A stretch of DNA of 64,000 nucleotides from an uncultured Candidatus Rokubacteria bacterium. GTDB taxonomy: Bacteria; Methylomirabilota; Methylomirabilia; Rokubacteriales; CSP1-6. Numbering within the stretch: the stretch's first letter is position 1; every line of letters begins with the position of its first letter. Below are positions 10,063-19,259 of this stretch, piece after piece. The position numbers were made by a program, and so were the translations under genes. The stretch is from positions 320,001-384,000 of the forward strand of contig CAVWFS010000001.1 of the NCBI GenBank assembly GCA_963754315.1. Reading direction: 5' to 3'. The notes under the pieces are model-generated. The model had not been told where the DNA came from. It saw nothing but the letters and a program-made list of their open reading frames with translations, and did not search any database.

Positions 10063-10584
10063 ATGACGCACACACGGCTCCTGATATCCGGCATCGTCCT
10101 GGCGACGCTCGCGTTCACCCTCGTCCTCGGGTCGGAGGCCCAGACCCCACCGTGCCAGGGGGGCTACGATCAGAAAAGCGGTTCCAACTTCTCGTCGGCG
10201 TGTCCGCCGGCCCCACCTCCCGCTCCGCTGTACCGGCGACTCGGAGGTCGGGACGGCATCGCCGTCGTGGTGGGAGACTTCGTGGCATTCGTCGTGGCCG
10301 ACACCCGCATCAACGCGCGTTTCAAGGACATGAAGCCGCCGGAGGTCGAGAAGCTCAAGTCGAACCTCTCCGACCAGATCTGCGAAGCGACGGGCGGGCC
10401 GTGCTCGTACCTCGGCCGGGACATGAAGACGACCCACCATGGCATGAAGATCACCGATGCCGAATGGGACGCGACGGTGGAGAATCTCGGAAAGGCGCTC
10501 GACAAGAACAAGGTGGGCGCCCCGGAGAAGAACGAGCTTCTCAAGGCGCTCGGACCGATGAAGCCGGACATCGTCGGGCAGTGA
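10063..10584 (+). CDS. Group I truncated hemoglobin (trHbN-like) with N-terminal signal peptide
   Basis: LYRRLGG..GI, D.RIN.RF, ATGGPC.Y.GRDM..TH (proximal His); hydrophobic N-terminus ending SEA. Confidence 0.85.
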   Translation: MTHTRLLISGIVLATLAFTLVLGSEAQTPPCQGGYDQKSGSNFSSACPPAPPPAPLYRRLGGRDGIAVVVGDFVAFVVADTRINARFKDMKPPEVEKLKSNLSDQICEATGGPCSYLGRDMKTTHHGMKITDAEWDATVENLGKALDKNKVGAPEKNELLKALGPMKPDIVGQ

Positions 10585-11852
10585 GGGCTGTCAACCGCCG
10601 CGTCGGCTACTGGGATCGCGCCAAGGAAACTATGTCCCCCGAGGCGCGGCGGCGTTACCAGGACGGATGGGTGCGGGAGCTGGTGAACCACGCGTGGGAG
10701 CGCGCGCCAGGAGTGCGACGCCGCTTTCAGGACGCGGGGCTCACGCCGGCCGACGTCGGGGGAGTGGACGACCTGGCCCGAGTCCCCGTCATCCACAAGA
10801 ACGAGATGCCCGATCTGCAGCGCAGCGATCCGCCGTTCGGTGGTTTTTGCACGGTGCCCATTGATCAGGTGCGCCGCATCTTCGTCTCTCCCGGGCCCAT
10901 CCTGGAGCCAATGGGTCCCGAGGTGGGGGCCTGGCACATGGAACCTGGACTCTACGCGGGAGGCTTTCGAGCGGGGGACGTGGTGCTCAACACCTTTTCG
11001 TATCACATGGTCCCGGCCGCCCACGAGATGGAGGAAGCGCTCCACCTCCTCGGCTGCACCGTGGTGCCGACCGGAGTCGGCCAGACCGAGCAGCAAGTGC
11101 TGATCGCCAAGGCGGTGTCCGCCACTGGGTTCGTCGGAACACCGAGCTTCCTGTTGACCTTGCTCCGAAAGGCTGACGAAATGGGTGCCGGAAGGCTTCC
11201 GCTCGAGGTGGCCCAGCTCGGGGCCGAACCGTTTCCGGAGTCGCTGCGACGCGTCTTTCAGGACGAGTTCAGGATCATGGCTCGTCAAGGCTTCGGTACT
11301 GCCGATCTCGGTATGCTGGCCTACGAAGGGCCGGAGACCAACGGCATGCACCTCGTCGACGACGCCGTCGTTCAGATCTGCGACCCCGCGACCGGCGTGC
11401 CGCTGCCGGTGGGTCAGCTCGGTGAGATCGTGGCCACCGTCAACAACCCGACATACCCCATGATCCGTTTCGCTACGGGTGATCTCAGCGTGCTCACTGA
11501 CGAGCCGAGTCCCTGCGGCCGCACTGCCCGCCGGATCCTGGGTTGGCGAGGCCGGGCCGACGAGGTAACCAAGGTTCGGGGGATGTTCATCCATCCGCGA
11601 CAGGCCGATGAGGTGGCCCAGCGTGTCAAGGGTGTGATCCGCCATCAAGTCATGGTGGGTCGTACCGAGCACCAGGACACCCTGACCTTCCTGGTCGAGC
11701 TGGCGTCCGGGGTCGAGGCACGGTCGGTGATTCCGACGCTCGAGGGCGCCATCCGCGACGTGATGAAGCTTAGGGGGTCGGTCGAGGTGGTCTCGACGGG
11801 GACGATTCCGGAGACGGCGAAGAAGATCACCGACACGCGAACGTGGGACTGA
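10581..11852 (+). CDS. Phenylacetate-CoA ligase family (PaaK-like) AMP-binding protein
   Basis: PPFGG, IFVSPGPI, FVGTPSFL, GTADLG, RFATGDL, KVRGMFIHP; GTG overlaps the globin stop. Confidence 0.85.
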   Translation: MRAVNRRVGYWDRAKETMSPEARRRYQDGWVRELVNHAWERAPGVRRRFQDAGLTPADVGGVDDLARVPVIHKNEMPDLQRSDPPFGGFCTVPIDQVRRIFVSPGPILEPMGPEVGAWHMEPGLYAGGFRAGDVVLNTFSYHMVPAAHEMEEALHLLGCTVVPTGVGQTEQQVLIAKAVSATGFVGTPSFLLTLLRKADEMGAGRLPLEVAQLGAEPFPESLRRVFQDEFRIMARQGFGTADLGMLAYEGPETNGMHLVDDAVVQICDPATGVPLPVGQLGEIVATVNNPTYPMIRFATGDLSVLTDEPSPCGRTARRILGWRGRADEVTKVRGMFIHPRQADEVAQRVKGVIRHQVMVGRTEHQDTLTFLVELASGVEARSVIPTLEGAIRDVMKLRGSVEVVSTGTIPETAKKITDTRTWD

Positions 11853-11906
11853 TGCGGCAGATCGTCCGCGGACGCGCATGACGGTCCCCGCTCCGAAAAC
11901 CATGGC

Positions 11907-12767
11907 GTGAGCGAGCACGAAGGAGGTCTGGCACCTGCGTTCGTCGCCGTCGGCCATGTGACCATCGATCGGATCGATGGGGTCGAGCGACCCGGGGGAG
12001 CGGCCCTCTACGCGGCCATCACCGCTCAGCGGCTCGGGTTGACGGCCGGCATCCTGACCTCCCACGGTCCCGATTTCCCCCTCGATCTCCTTCCGCCGCA
12101 GATCGAGGTTGTCAGCATCCCCGACCGGCAGACCACGCATTTCGAGCACCGCGTTGAAGGAAGCGATCGACAGATGCGGGTGACGGCGCGGGCGCGGCCG
12201 CTGAGCGCGCAGGACGTGCCGGAAGACTGGCGGGAGGCCAGTATGGTCCTGCTGGCGCCGGTGATCGACGAGGTCGATCCACTGGTTGCCGCTGTCTTCA
12301 GCGCCGCCACCATCGGCGTGGCCGCCCAAGGCTACCTGCGCCGGCTCGGTCGGGACGGGCTCATCGTTCCACAATCCTGGGAGAGCGCCGATCTGGTTTT
12401 GAGGCGAGCCCAGGCTCTGATCCTTAGCCTCGAGGACGTGGGTGGTGACCTGACGTCGGTCAGCGAGTGGTTTCAGAAAGTACCCGTCGGCGTGCTCACG
12501 GCGGGACGGAAAGGCGCCGTCCTGTTCGTCAACGGCGAGCGTTACTCGGTGCGAGCCCATCGCGCTCGGGAAGTCGATGCCACCGGCGCCGGAGACGTCT
12601 TCGCCGCCGCCTTCATGATCCACTACCACCGCCACGGGGAAGCCTGGCAGGCCGCCGAAGGCGCCGCCTGTGCGGCGGCGCTCTCAGTAGGGGGAGAGGG
12701 ATGGGCGGCCATCCCGGATGCCGCGACCCTGGCGGCGGCCGTGGCCGTCTACAGGCGGGAAGAGTAG
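11907..12767 (+). CDS. PfkB family carbohydrate kinase
   Basis: [27 protein letters not shown] signature. Confidence 0.88.
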   Translation: MSEHEGGLAPAFVAVGHVTIDRIDGVERPGGAALYAAITAQRLGLTAGILTSHGPDFPLDLLPPQIEVVSIPDRQTTHFEHRVEGSDRQMRVTARARPLSAQDVPEDWREASMVLLAPVIDEVDPLVAAVFSAATIGVAAQGYLRRLGRDGLIVPQSWESADLVLRRAQALILSLEDVGGDLTSVSEWFQKVPVGVLTAGRKGAVLFVNGERYSVRAHRAREVDATGAGDVFAAAFMIHYHRHGEAWQAAEGAACAAALSVGGEGWAAIPDAATLAAAVAVYRREE

Positions 12768-12868
12768 GACGGCGTCAGCACCGAAAGTTTGTGATGGCCT
12801 GGCGGTCGTGCTATACGCTGTCTGCCGTATCGATTTGCAGACAGCCCACCGAAACCAAGGAGGTCGGC

Positions 12869-13222
12869 ATGGGACGGCTCATCGCAATACTCGTGGCGTT
12901 TCTGTTCGTGGTGGGGACGATCGGGGCACCCGCGGCCTTCGCGCAGGCGGCGAAAGACGCCACCAAGGACGCTTCCGGGGCGGCGAAGGGAGCGACCAAG
13001 GATGCGCCGAGCGCGGCGAAGGCGGCGGCCAGCAAGATGGTCGACATCAACTCCGCCAGCGTCGATGAGTTGAAGGCCCTGCCGGGTATCGGCGATGCCT
13101 ATTCGAAGAAGATCGTGGACGGCCGTCCGTATGCGGGTAAGGATGACCTGGTCAAGAAGAAGGTCGTACCCCAGGCCACCTACGACAAGATCAAGGACCT
13201 GATCGTCGCCAAACAGAAGTAG
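12869..13222 (+). CDS. ComEA-like helix-hairpin-helix DNA-binding protein, exported
   Basis: RBS aggagg; signal peptide; [18 protein letters not shown]...KIVDGRPY. Confidence 0.85.
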   Translation: MGRLIAILVAFLFVVGTIGAPAAFAQAAKDATKDASGAAKGATKDAPSAAKAAASKMVDINSASVDELKALPGIGDAYSKKIVDGRPYAGKDDLVKKKVVPQATYDKIKDLIVAKQK

Positions 13223-13637
13223 AGTTAGCGCCCTCCGGGCCGGCGCCCCGGGCCGCGGGCGGAAGCGCCCCGCGCAGCCGGGGCATAGCCCGCGAACACG
13301 ATGCCGGCGCCGGCGATCACGAAGCCATGACGCGCAGCCGCCGTCAGATCCAATCCCTCATCGCTCGCTCTGTTGAGCATTCCGCCGCGCCGATCGACGA
13401 CGGCGCCCGGGTTGCCAAGGCGGTCAACGCCCGGCGCCCCACCTCCTAGCGAGGCTTGGCCGAATCAGACCCAGTTCTCAGTCAGACATCGTCAAGGCGC
13501 AGGCAGCCTCCCGCGCGGCGACGGGTTCGCGGAACATTTCGAGCAATTAGGCGTCCAGTCCATTGGACGAGACGGGCAAGGCGCTCGGCTGAGGGAGGCG
13601 CAGGGTCAGAGGACGGTTCTAGTCCAGCAGGGCTGGG

Positions 13638-14511
13638 CTAATCGAGGACGTCGGCGCAGCGCTCGTAGAGGGCCACCATCTCCGTGAGATCGCGGGCGCG
13701 TGATTCGAGAATGACGTGGGCGACGCCGAGCTCGCGCAGAGTGTTGAGCTCGGCGCGAAGCTCCTCGGGTCGGCGCCGCGCAGGCAAGCCCATGCGCAAG
13801 CTGATCGTCAGGGTCGCCGGATCGCGCCCCCGCCGGCGACACTCTTCCGCGAGGGTCTGTATCCCCTTGCGCAGGGTGCGTTGCGTCCGCGAAAGCGGCG
13901 TGCCAGCCGTCCCCCAGCTCGGCTGTTCGGCGCAGGGCGCGGGGGGTGTGGCCGCCGATCCAGATGGGGATAGTCCCCGCCCGCGGCTTGGGATAGCAGC
14001 CGACGGGGTCGAACCGAAAGAACTCGCCGGCGAAGGCCGTCCGCTCCTCGCGCCAGCACGCGCGCATCACCCGGATGGCCTCGTCACTCCATGCACCCCG
14101 GCGATCGTAAGGAGCACCGAGCAGCTCGATCTCCTCGCGCATCCAGCCGACGCCGGCCCCCAGGATGACACGCCCCGGCGCCAGATGATCCAGGGTGGCC
14201 AATGCCTTGGCCGTCAGCACCGGGTGACGATGCGGAAGCACGAGCACGGTCGTGCCGAGGCGGACCCGCTCCGTCACCGCCGCCACCATGGCCAGCGCCG
14301 TGAGGGGCTCCAGGAAGTCCGTGGTGGGTGACAGTGGGAACTCGCCGGTGGCGCCGTACGGGTAGCGCGAGCCAATGTCCCACGGGATCACCACGTGATC
14401 GCTTGCCCACAGCGAATCGTAGCCGAGCTCTTCCAGGCGGCGAGCGAAGCCGAGCAGCGTGTCCCGGGTGGCGGCGGGACCGTAGACGGGCAGGTGTGCG
14501 CCGAGCTTCAT
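13638..14511 (-). CDS. LLM-class (luciferase-like, probably F420-dependent) oxidoreductase, one frameshift near 13880
   Basis: GYDSLWASDHVVIP, RLGTTVLVLP, GAGVGW, PIWIGG, GDGWH; alternative frame continues TLRKGIQTLAEECRRRGRDP...CADVLD* to TAG at 13638. Confidence 0.85.
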
Positions 14512-14514
14512 CGG

Positions 14515-16134
14515 TCAGCGACCTGGCGTGTAGACGAGGTGCTCGCGAAGCCCGTCGGCCTGGATCATCTCGGCCAGTCGTGCGCGCTGGATCTTGCCGC
14601 TCGACGTCTTCGGGATGCTGCCCGCGCGCACCAGCAGCACGCGGGCCGGCCGGTGCCCGCGCCCGGCGTGCACCTGCCGGACGACATCACGCACGAGATC
14701 GTGGTACACCCCGGGTACGGCTGACTCGTCTCGCACCTCGGCGACCACGTGAAGACGCGCCGCCCCCGTCCGCTCGCTGTCCAGCGCGACGGCGGCGCCG
14801 TAACGGATCCCGGGAACGTGGTCGACGATCTCCTCGATGTCGGCGGGAACGACGTTTTCGCCGCCGAGGATCATGATGTCCTTGAGTCGACCCGTGATGT
14901 AGAGATACCCCTCGCTGTCGACGAAGCCGAGGTCGCCCGTGCGAAGCCAGCCATCGGGCAGGAGCACCCGCGCCGTGGCCTCGGGGTTGTTGTAGTACCC
15001 CTGCATGACACCCGGGCTCTTCACGCAGATCTCACCCTCGCGATTGGCTCCCAGCACAACCTCGCCCGTGGGGTCCTCGGTGGCTGGCGGCATGATGCGG
15101 ACGGAGACCCCCGGGCAGGGGCGGCCCACGGACAGGAAGCGTCCGCTCGGGTCGATCCGACGCGGCGTGGCCCGCGGCCAGAGAGCGACAGCCAGGGTGG
15201 CTTCGGCCAGGCCATAGCAGGGCAGGATGACGTTCTTCAGGCCGAAGCGCGACTCGAAGGCTTCGATGGTCGAGAGGCGCACGGGCTCGGCGCCGGAGAG
15301 GGCGCCCTTGAGACTTCCGAGATCGACGTCACTCGTGTCGCGCACGTGTCGGACGCAGTTGCGATAGCCGAAATCGGGCGACACCGTGAAGGTGGCCCGC
15401 ACCTTGGTGATCAGCTCGAGCCACTCGCGCGGGTTCCGGAGATCCGGCGGGAGCAACCAGAGGGGAGCGGCCGTGAGAGGCGGCGTGAAGGCGCAGCCGA
15501 TCAGGCCCATGTCGTGATAGAGGGGAAGCCAGGACACCACGCGGTCGGCTGCAGTGAGGCCGGCCGCCTCCGCCATGAAGCGAATGGTGCTGACCACGTT
15601 GCGATGGGTCAGCATCACGCCCCGCGGCTGACCCGTGCTGCCCGAGGTGTACTGCAGGAAGGCGAGGTCGTGCTCATGGGCCTCATGCAGGGGTGGAGCA
15701 GGCGCCTCCTGGTCGAGGTCAGTCGGCTCCAGAATGGTGCGGACGTTGGGGGCGAGGGCCACGCTCTCGTCGACCCCAGGCCTGAACCAGCCGATGGTGG
15801 CCACCGCCGACGTCTCCGAGTCGCACAAGATGCGAGCGGTGGCATCCATGCCCAGGGTGGGATAGAGAGGGACGGGGACAGCGCCGATCCTCAGCGCTCC
15901 GAAGAACGTGTAGAAGAACTCGGCGCAGGTCGGGTAGATGAGGCAGACCTTGTCGCCGGGACCGAGACCAGCTCGCGCGAGGGCTGCCGCGAAGCGACCG
16001 CTCTGCGCCCACAATCTCCGGTAGGTGACCGTCTCGCCGTACAGCTCGAAGTACTGCTGGTCTGGCGTGAGCGCCGTCCGGCGGCGCATCATGTCCGTCA
16101 GCGTGGTCGCGGTGTGCGGATCGGTGTCGGCCAT
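14515..16134 (-). CDS. Fatty acyl-AMP ligase-like AMP-binding protein
   Basis: LAFLQYTSGSTGQPRGV, SWLPLYHDMGLIG, PCYGLAEATL, WLRTGDLG, IPKTSSGKIQR. Confidence 0.88.
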   Translation of the reverse strand: MADTDPHTATTLTDMMRRRTALTPDQQYFELYGETVTYRRLWAQSGRFAAALARAGLGPGDKVCLIYPTCAEFFYTFFGALRIGAVPVPLYPTLGMDATARILCDSETSAVATIGWFRPGVDESVALAPNVRTILEPTDLDQEAPAPPLHEAHEHDLAFLQYTSGSTGQPRGVMLTHRNVVSTIRFMAEAAGLTAADRVVSWLPLYHDMGLIGCAFTPPLTAAPLWLLPPDLRNPREWLELITKVRATFTVSPDFGYRNCVRHVRDTSDVDLGSLKGALSGAEPVRLSTIEAFESRFGLKNVILPCYGLAEATLAVALWPRATPRRIDPSGRFLSVGRPCPGVSVRIMPPATEDPTGEVVLGANREGEICVKSPGVMQGYYNNPEATARVLLPDGWLRTGDLGFVDSEGYLYITGRLKDIMILGGENVVPADIEEIVDHVPGIRYGAAVALDSERTGAARLHVVAEVRDESAVPGVYHDLVRDVVRQVHAGRGHRPARVLLVRAGSIPKTSSGKIQRARLAEMIQADGLREHLVYTPGR

Positions 16135-16198
16135 GTGAGACTCCCCTCGGAATGACACGCGAGACACTTCCTGCATTCTAGCGTGAGGCCGACTCCCC

Positions 16199-16672
16199 TC
16201 ACGCGATCCGTGCGATCCGACCCTGCGTCATGGTCACCAGTTCGGCGGGTGTGAGTTTGAAGATCGAGTTCGGTGTGCCGGCGGCCGCCCAGATCTCCTC
16301 CCATTGAAGCAGGTCCTCATCGAGGAGCGTCTCGGGCGATTCGGCGTGGCCGACGGGCGGGACCCCGCCGATCGCAAATCCTGTCCGTGCGCGGACGAAG
16401 GCGGCGTCGGCCTTGGATATCTCCTCTCCCACCAGGTCGGCCACTTTTACCTCATCGACCCGGTTGGCCCCGGACGCGATGACGAGCACAATCCGCCCAC
16501 TGCGGGCACCCCGAAAGACGAGCGACTTCGCGATCTGGTCGACGCGGCAACCCAGGGCGCGTGCGGCGTCGGCCGCGCTGCGGGTGGGCTGGGAAAGCTC
16601 CAGAACTTGCCCAGGGAACCCACGCGCCGCGAGGGTGTCCTGGACTCTTTGCGCGGTCGCGCTGAGGGGCAC
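16199..16672 (-). CDS. YbaK/EbsC (aminoacyl-tRNA editing) family protein
   Basis: QIAKSLVF, ASGANRVD, TGFAIGGVPPVGH, WAAAGTP. Confidence 0.88.
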   Translation of the reverse strand: MPLSATAQRVQDTLAARGFPGQVLELSQPTRSAADAARALGCRVDQIAKSLVFRGARSGRIVLVIASGANRVDEVKVADLVGEEISKADAAFVRARTGFAIGGVPPVGHAESPETLLDEDLLQWEEIWAAAGTPNSIFKLTPAELVTMTQGRIARIA

Positions 16673-16680
16673 GGGACTTT

Positions 16681-17379
16681 TCAGCGTGCCATCACCACGC
16701 GGTCGAAGGATTCCCCGTACGCGTAGCCTTTGGGGGCGCCGATCTCGCGCGCGCGGTCGCGGACGCGCCCCTCCACCGCCCGGAAGTCCGTAAGCTGGCT
16801 TAGGTGGCAGGCGAGCGCCTTGAGCTTCAGATCCATGGTGTCCGTGATGTCCACCACCAGGTGAGGATTTTCCCACTGCATCACATAGATCTCGCGCACC
16901 TTGTGGGGTTCGAACTCCGGCATCAGCTCGGGGAAAGCCATGTGGTCACGAGCGAGCGGGTAGAAGCAGTCGAGGACGACCCCGCCCGTGATCCGGTGAT
17001 CGCGATGCGAAATGCCCAAATGGTAAGTCCGGTGCGGATTCTGCGTGATGATGAGATCGGGTCGCCAGCGGCGGATCTCGCGCGAGATGTCCCGGCGCAG
17101 ATCCCGCGTGTCCTCGAGCTCGCCGTCGGGGTAGCCAAGGAACTGAACCCGCTCCACGCCCAGCGCGCGGGCGGCGTTGCGCTGCTCCTCCTCGCGAATG
17201 ATGGCCAAGCGCTCGGCGGTCATGCTGCGGTCACCCGATCCCTTGTTGCCATTGGTGACGAGAACGTACGTGATCTCACATCCTTGCTGGGCAAACCTTG
17301 CCACGGTGCCGCCCGCCCCGAACTCCGCGTCGTCGGGATGCGCGGTCACCACCATCACCCGTTCGATGCCGTCCGTCAT
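16681..17379 (-). CDS. PIG-L/LmbE family deacetylase
   Basis: AHPDDAEFG, REEEQRNAA, YPDG, HRDH, HLSQ motifs. Confidence 0.9.
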   Translation of the reverse strand: MTDGIERVMVVTAHPDDAEFGAGGTVARFAQQGCEITYVLVTNGNKGSGDRSMTAERLAIIREEEQRNAARALGVERVQFLGYPDGELEDTRDLRRDISREIRRWRPDLIITQNPHRTYHLGISHRDHRITGGVVLDCFYPLARDHMAFPELMPEFEPHKVREIYVMQWENPHLVVDITDTMDLKLKALACHLSQLTDFRAVEGRVRDRAREIGAPKGYAYGESFDRVVMAR

Positions 17380-17503
17380 CAGACCGCTCCTTGATCGTCA
17401 GAGGGCCGAATCTCCCTCCATCTCCAAGCATACCCATTCCGGGCGCCTGCGTCCCCCTCGCGCATCGGCCCCTCGAGAAGGGGCCGGGCGAGGAGCGACC
17501 CCC

Positions 17504-17512
17504 TGCTATAAT
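17504..17512 (+). promoter_or_regulatory. Extended -10 promoter (TGcTATAAT), probable leaderless start at GTG 17519
   Basis: tgctataat followed by 6 nt and then GTG; no SD. Confidence 0.6.
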
Positions 17513-17518
17513 CGCGCA

Positions 17519-17722
17519 GTGTCACGTCCAGGAGGACGACGAGTGGGAATTGCGGTGATGATCGTCCTCCTTGCCGGCGCTCTCGCGCTCATCCAGGCCC
17601 CCTTCGAGCTCTCTTGCCTTCGAGTCGCGGGGATCAGCCTCCTCTGGTGGTATGCGCTTTTCGTGGCGCCCCTCGTCGCCACCCTGGCGGCCGTGCCACT
17701 GCTCCGCAGGAGGTCCGACTGA
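17519..17722 (+). CDS. Small two-TM membrane protein (resembles small subunits of solute:sodium symporters)
   Basis: Two hydrophobic segments, RVAGISLLWWY; stop overlaps the next membrane-protein gene. Confidence 0.5.
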   Translation: MSRPGGRRVGIAVMIVLLAGALALIQAPFELSCLRVAGISLLWWYALFVAPLVATLAAVPLLRRRSD

Positions 17723-19242
17723 CCCTCCTCGCCAGAAGCGCCGCTTGGACGAGTCCGGCCCTGTTCGTGGTCCTTGCGGCGGCCGTTTTTGCGGGCGAAG
17801 CAAGCGCGCCGCTGGTGGCCTTGCTCGTCGTCCTCGCGCCGCTGCTCGCGCTCGTGGCGGGAGGTCGAGGCCGCCGCGAGTCACCTCCGTCCGTCGTGAC
17901 CGCCGTCGCGGGCCTGGCGACGGTTGGAACGGTGCTCTCGGCCAACGTCATGATCATGATGGGCGTGGCCCGCCTGTGGGGCGTACCCCTCCGTCAATCA
18001 CTCGCGTTGCTAGGGGTGTCGACGTGCGCGGTACTGGTCTGGCGTCGCGCCGCTGCCCTCTGGTCGGGTGTCCTCATTCTGGGAATCGCTGGTCTCACCG
18101 GTATCGTGATGTCGATGGGCGTGGTCATCCCGGCTGCCCCATGGACGGCGTGGACGGACCTTGCGTCCCGACCGGCGCTCACCTTCGCCCCGGGAGCCGC
18201 CTGGGTCACCGACGGAGGAACATTGCCTCGTCCAACGACTCTCGTCTTCAACGAGGTACATCAGGTGACGGCTCTGAGCACGGGTGTCTTCGGGGTGGAG
18301 GAGGGGGAGCGGAAGGATGGCCGTATCCGGGAGCGCCGCCTGGACCCTGGCGAGTCGCTCGCGCTGCGAGCGGGCGATCGGCTGACGATTCCCGCCGATA
18401 CTCGCGTGCGCTTCGAGGCGGGCAAGCGCATTCCCGGAGCGCCGCCATCGGGTGCCGCGTGGGCAGAGCCCATGCGTCAGGCATCGTGGCCCACCTTCGT
18501 CGAAGCGCTCGGCCTCACCGTGACCCTCGTCGGTGGGGCCGTCACGGTGTTAGGGGGGCACGCCCGCACCACGCGGTTGACCGCCGCCTTCGCCGTACCA
18601 CTACTGCTGATCGCCTTTGCCCTCTCAGCCTCATCGTGGGGGGTCTATGCCGTGTGGTTCGCGATGGATCGCGGGCTCGGCGCGCCGAAGCTGGGCCCGC
18701 TCCTGGAGGCCGTCAATCTGTCGCTCGGCAACCATCAGCTCTCGCATCTTCTGCTGATCGGTATCCTCGGTCTGGTCGCGCTCTTCATCGCCGCCGCTGC
18801 CGGGCTCGCCAACCGTGTGGAGATTCTCACCGAACCATGGAGAGGGGACGAGGAACGGCCGGCAGGGCGGCTCTTTCCGGATGTGCTATGGGTTGGGATG
18901 GTGGCGGTAGGAGTGATGCTGAGCCTGGGGGAACTGGAACCAGGCGCCCTGCTGGCGTTCGGATGGGGGTTGGGCGCCTCGGCGTGGGCTGCCCCCAGGC
19001 TGGGAGGGGCCCGGGCTGGAACCGGGGCCGGCTCCGTGACAGGGGTGATCGTCTTCGTGGCGCTTTCCATCGCGCGCACGCTGGCGGTGCCGGGTTTGGC
19101 TCCCCTTGATTCGTATCCAGCTCTGGTGGCGGCGCCGACGGCCGTGGTGGCGGCCGTGCTCGGGCGGCGCCGGCCCGCATCGCAGGGTGCCGGTGGACGC
19201 CGGCAACCATGGCCCTCGGTTGCCGGGAGCAGGCGACCTTGA
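17719..19242 (+). CDS. Polytopic membrane protein with a soluble insert (possibly a divergent symporter)
   Basis: Many hydrophobic helices flanking a hydrophilic region (GGTLPRPTT...RVRFEAGKRIPG); start uncertain (CTG 17719 overlapping the upstream TGA). Confidence 0.55.
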   Translation: MTLLARSAAWTSPALFVVLAAAVFAGEASAPLVALLVVLAPLLALVAGGRGRRESPPSVVTAVAGLATVGTVLSANVMIMMGVARLWGVPLRQSLALLGVSTCAVLVWRRAAALWSGVLILGIAGLTGIVMSMGVVIPAAPWTAWTDLASRPALTFAPGAAWVTDGGTLPRPTTLVFNEVHQVTALSTGVFGVEEGERKDGRIRERRLDPGESLALRAGDRLTIPADTRVRFEAGKRIPGAPPSGAAWAEPMRQASWPTFVEALGLTVTLVGGAVTVLGGHARTTRLTAAFAVPLLLIAFALSASSWGVYAVWFAMDRGLGAPKLGPLLEAVNLSLGNHQLSHLLLIGILGLVALFIAAAAGLANRVEILTEPWRGDEERPAGRLFPDVLWVGMVAVGVMLSLGELEPGALLAFGWGLGASAWAAPRLGGARAGTGAGSVTGVIVFVALSIARTLAVPGLAPLDSYPALVAAPTAVVAAVLGRRRPASQGAGGRRQPWPSVAGSRRP

Positions 19243-19259
19243 CAGAATAGGCCTTCGGC

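Noticed and set aside
13224..13637. tRNA-like or ncRNA element in the intergenic region (gggttgccaaggcggtcaac; cgtcca...tggacg palindrome)
   Set aside because: No T-arm or acceptor stem and no recognisable RNA family; GC-rich hairpins are expected by chance
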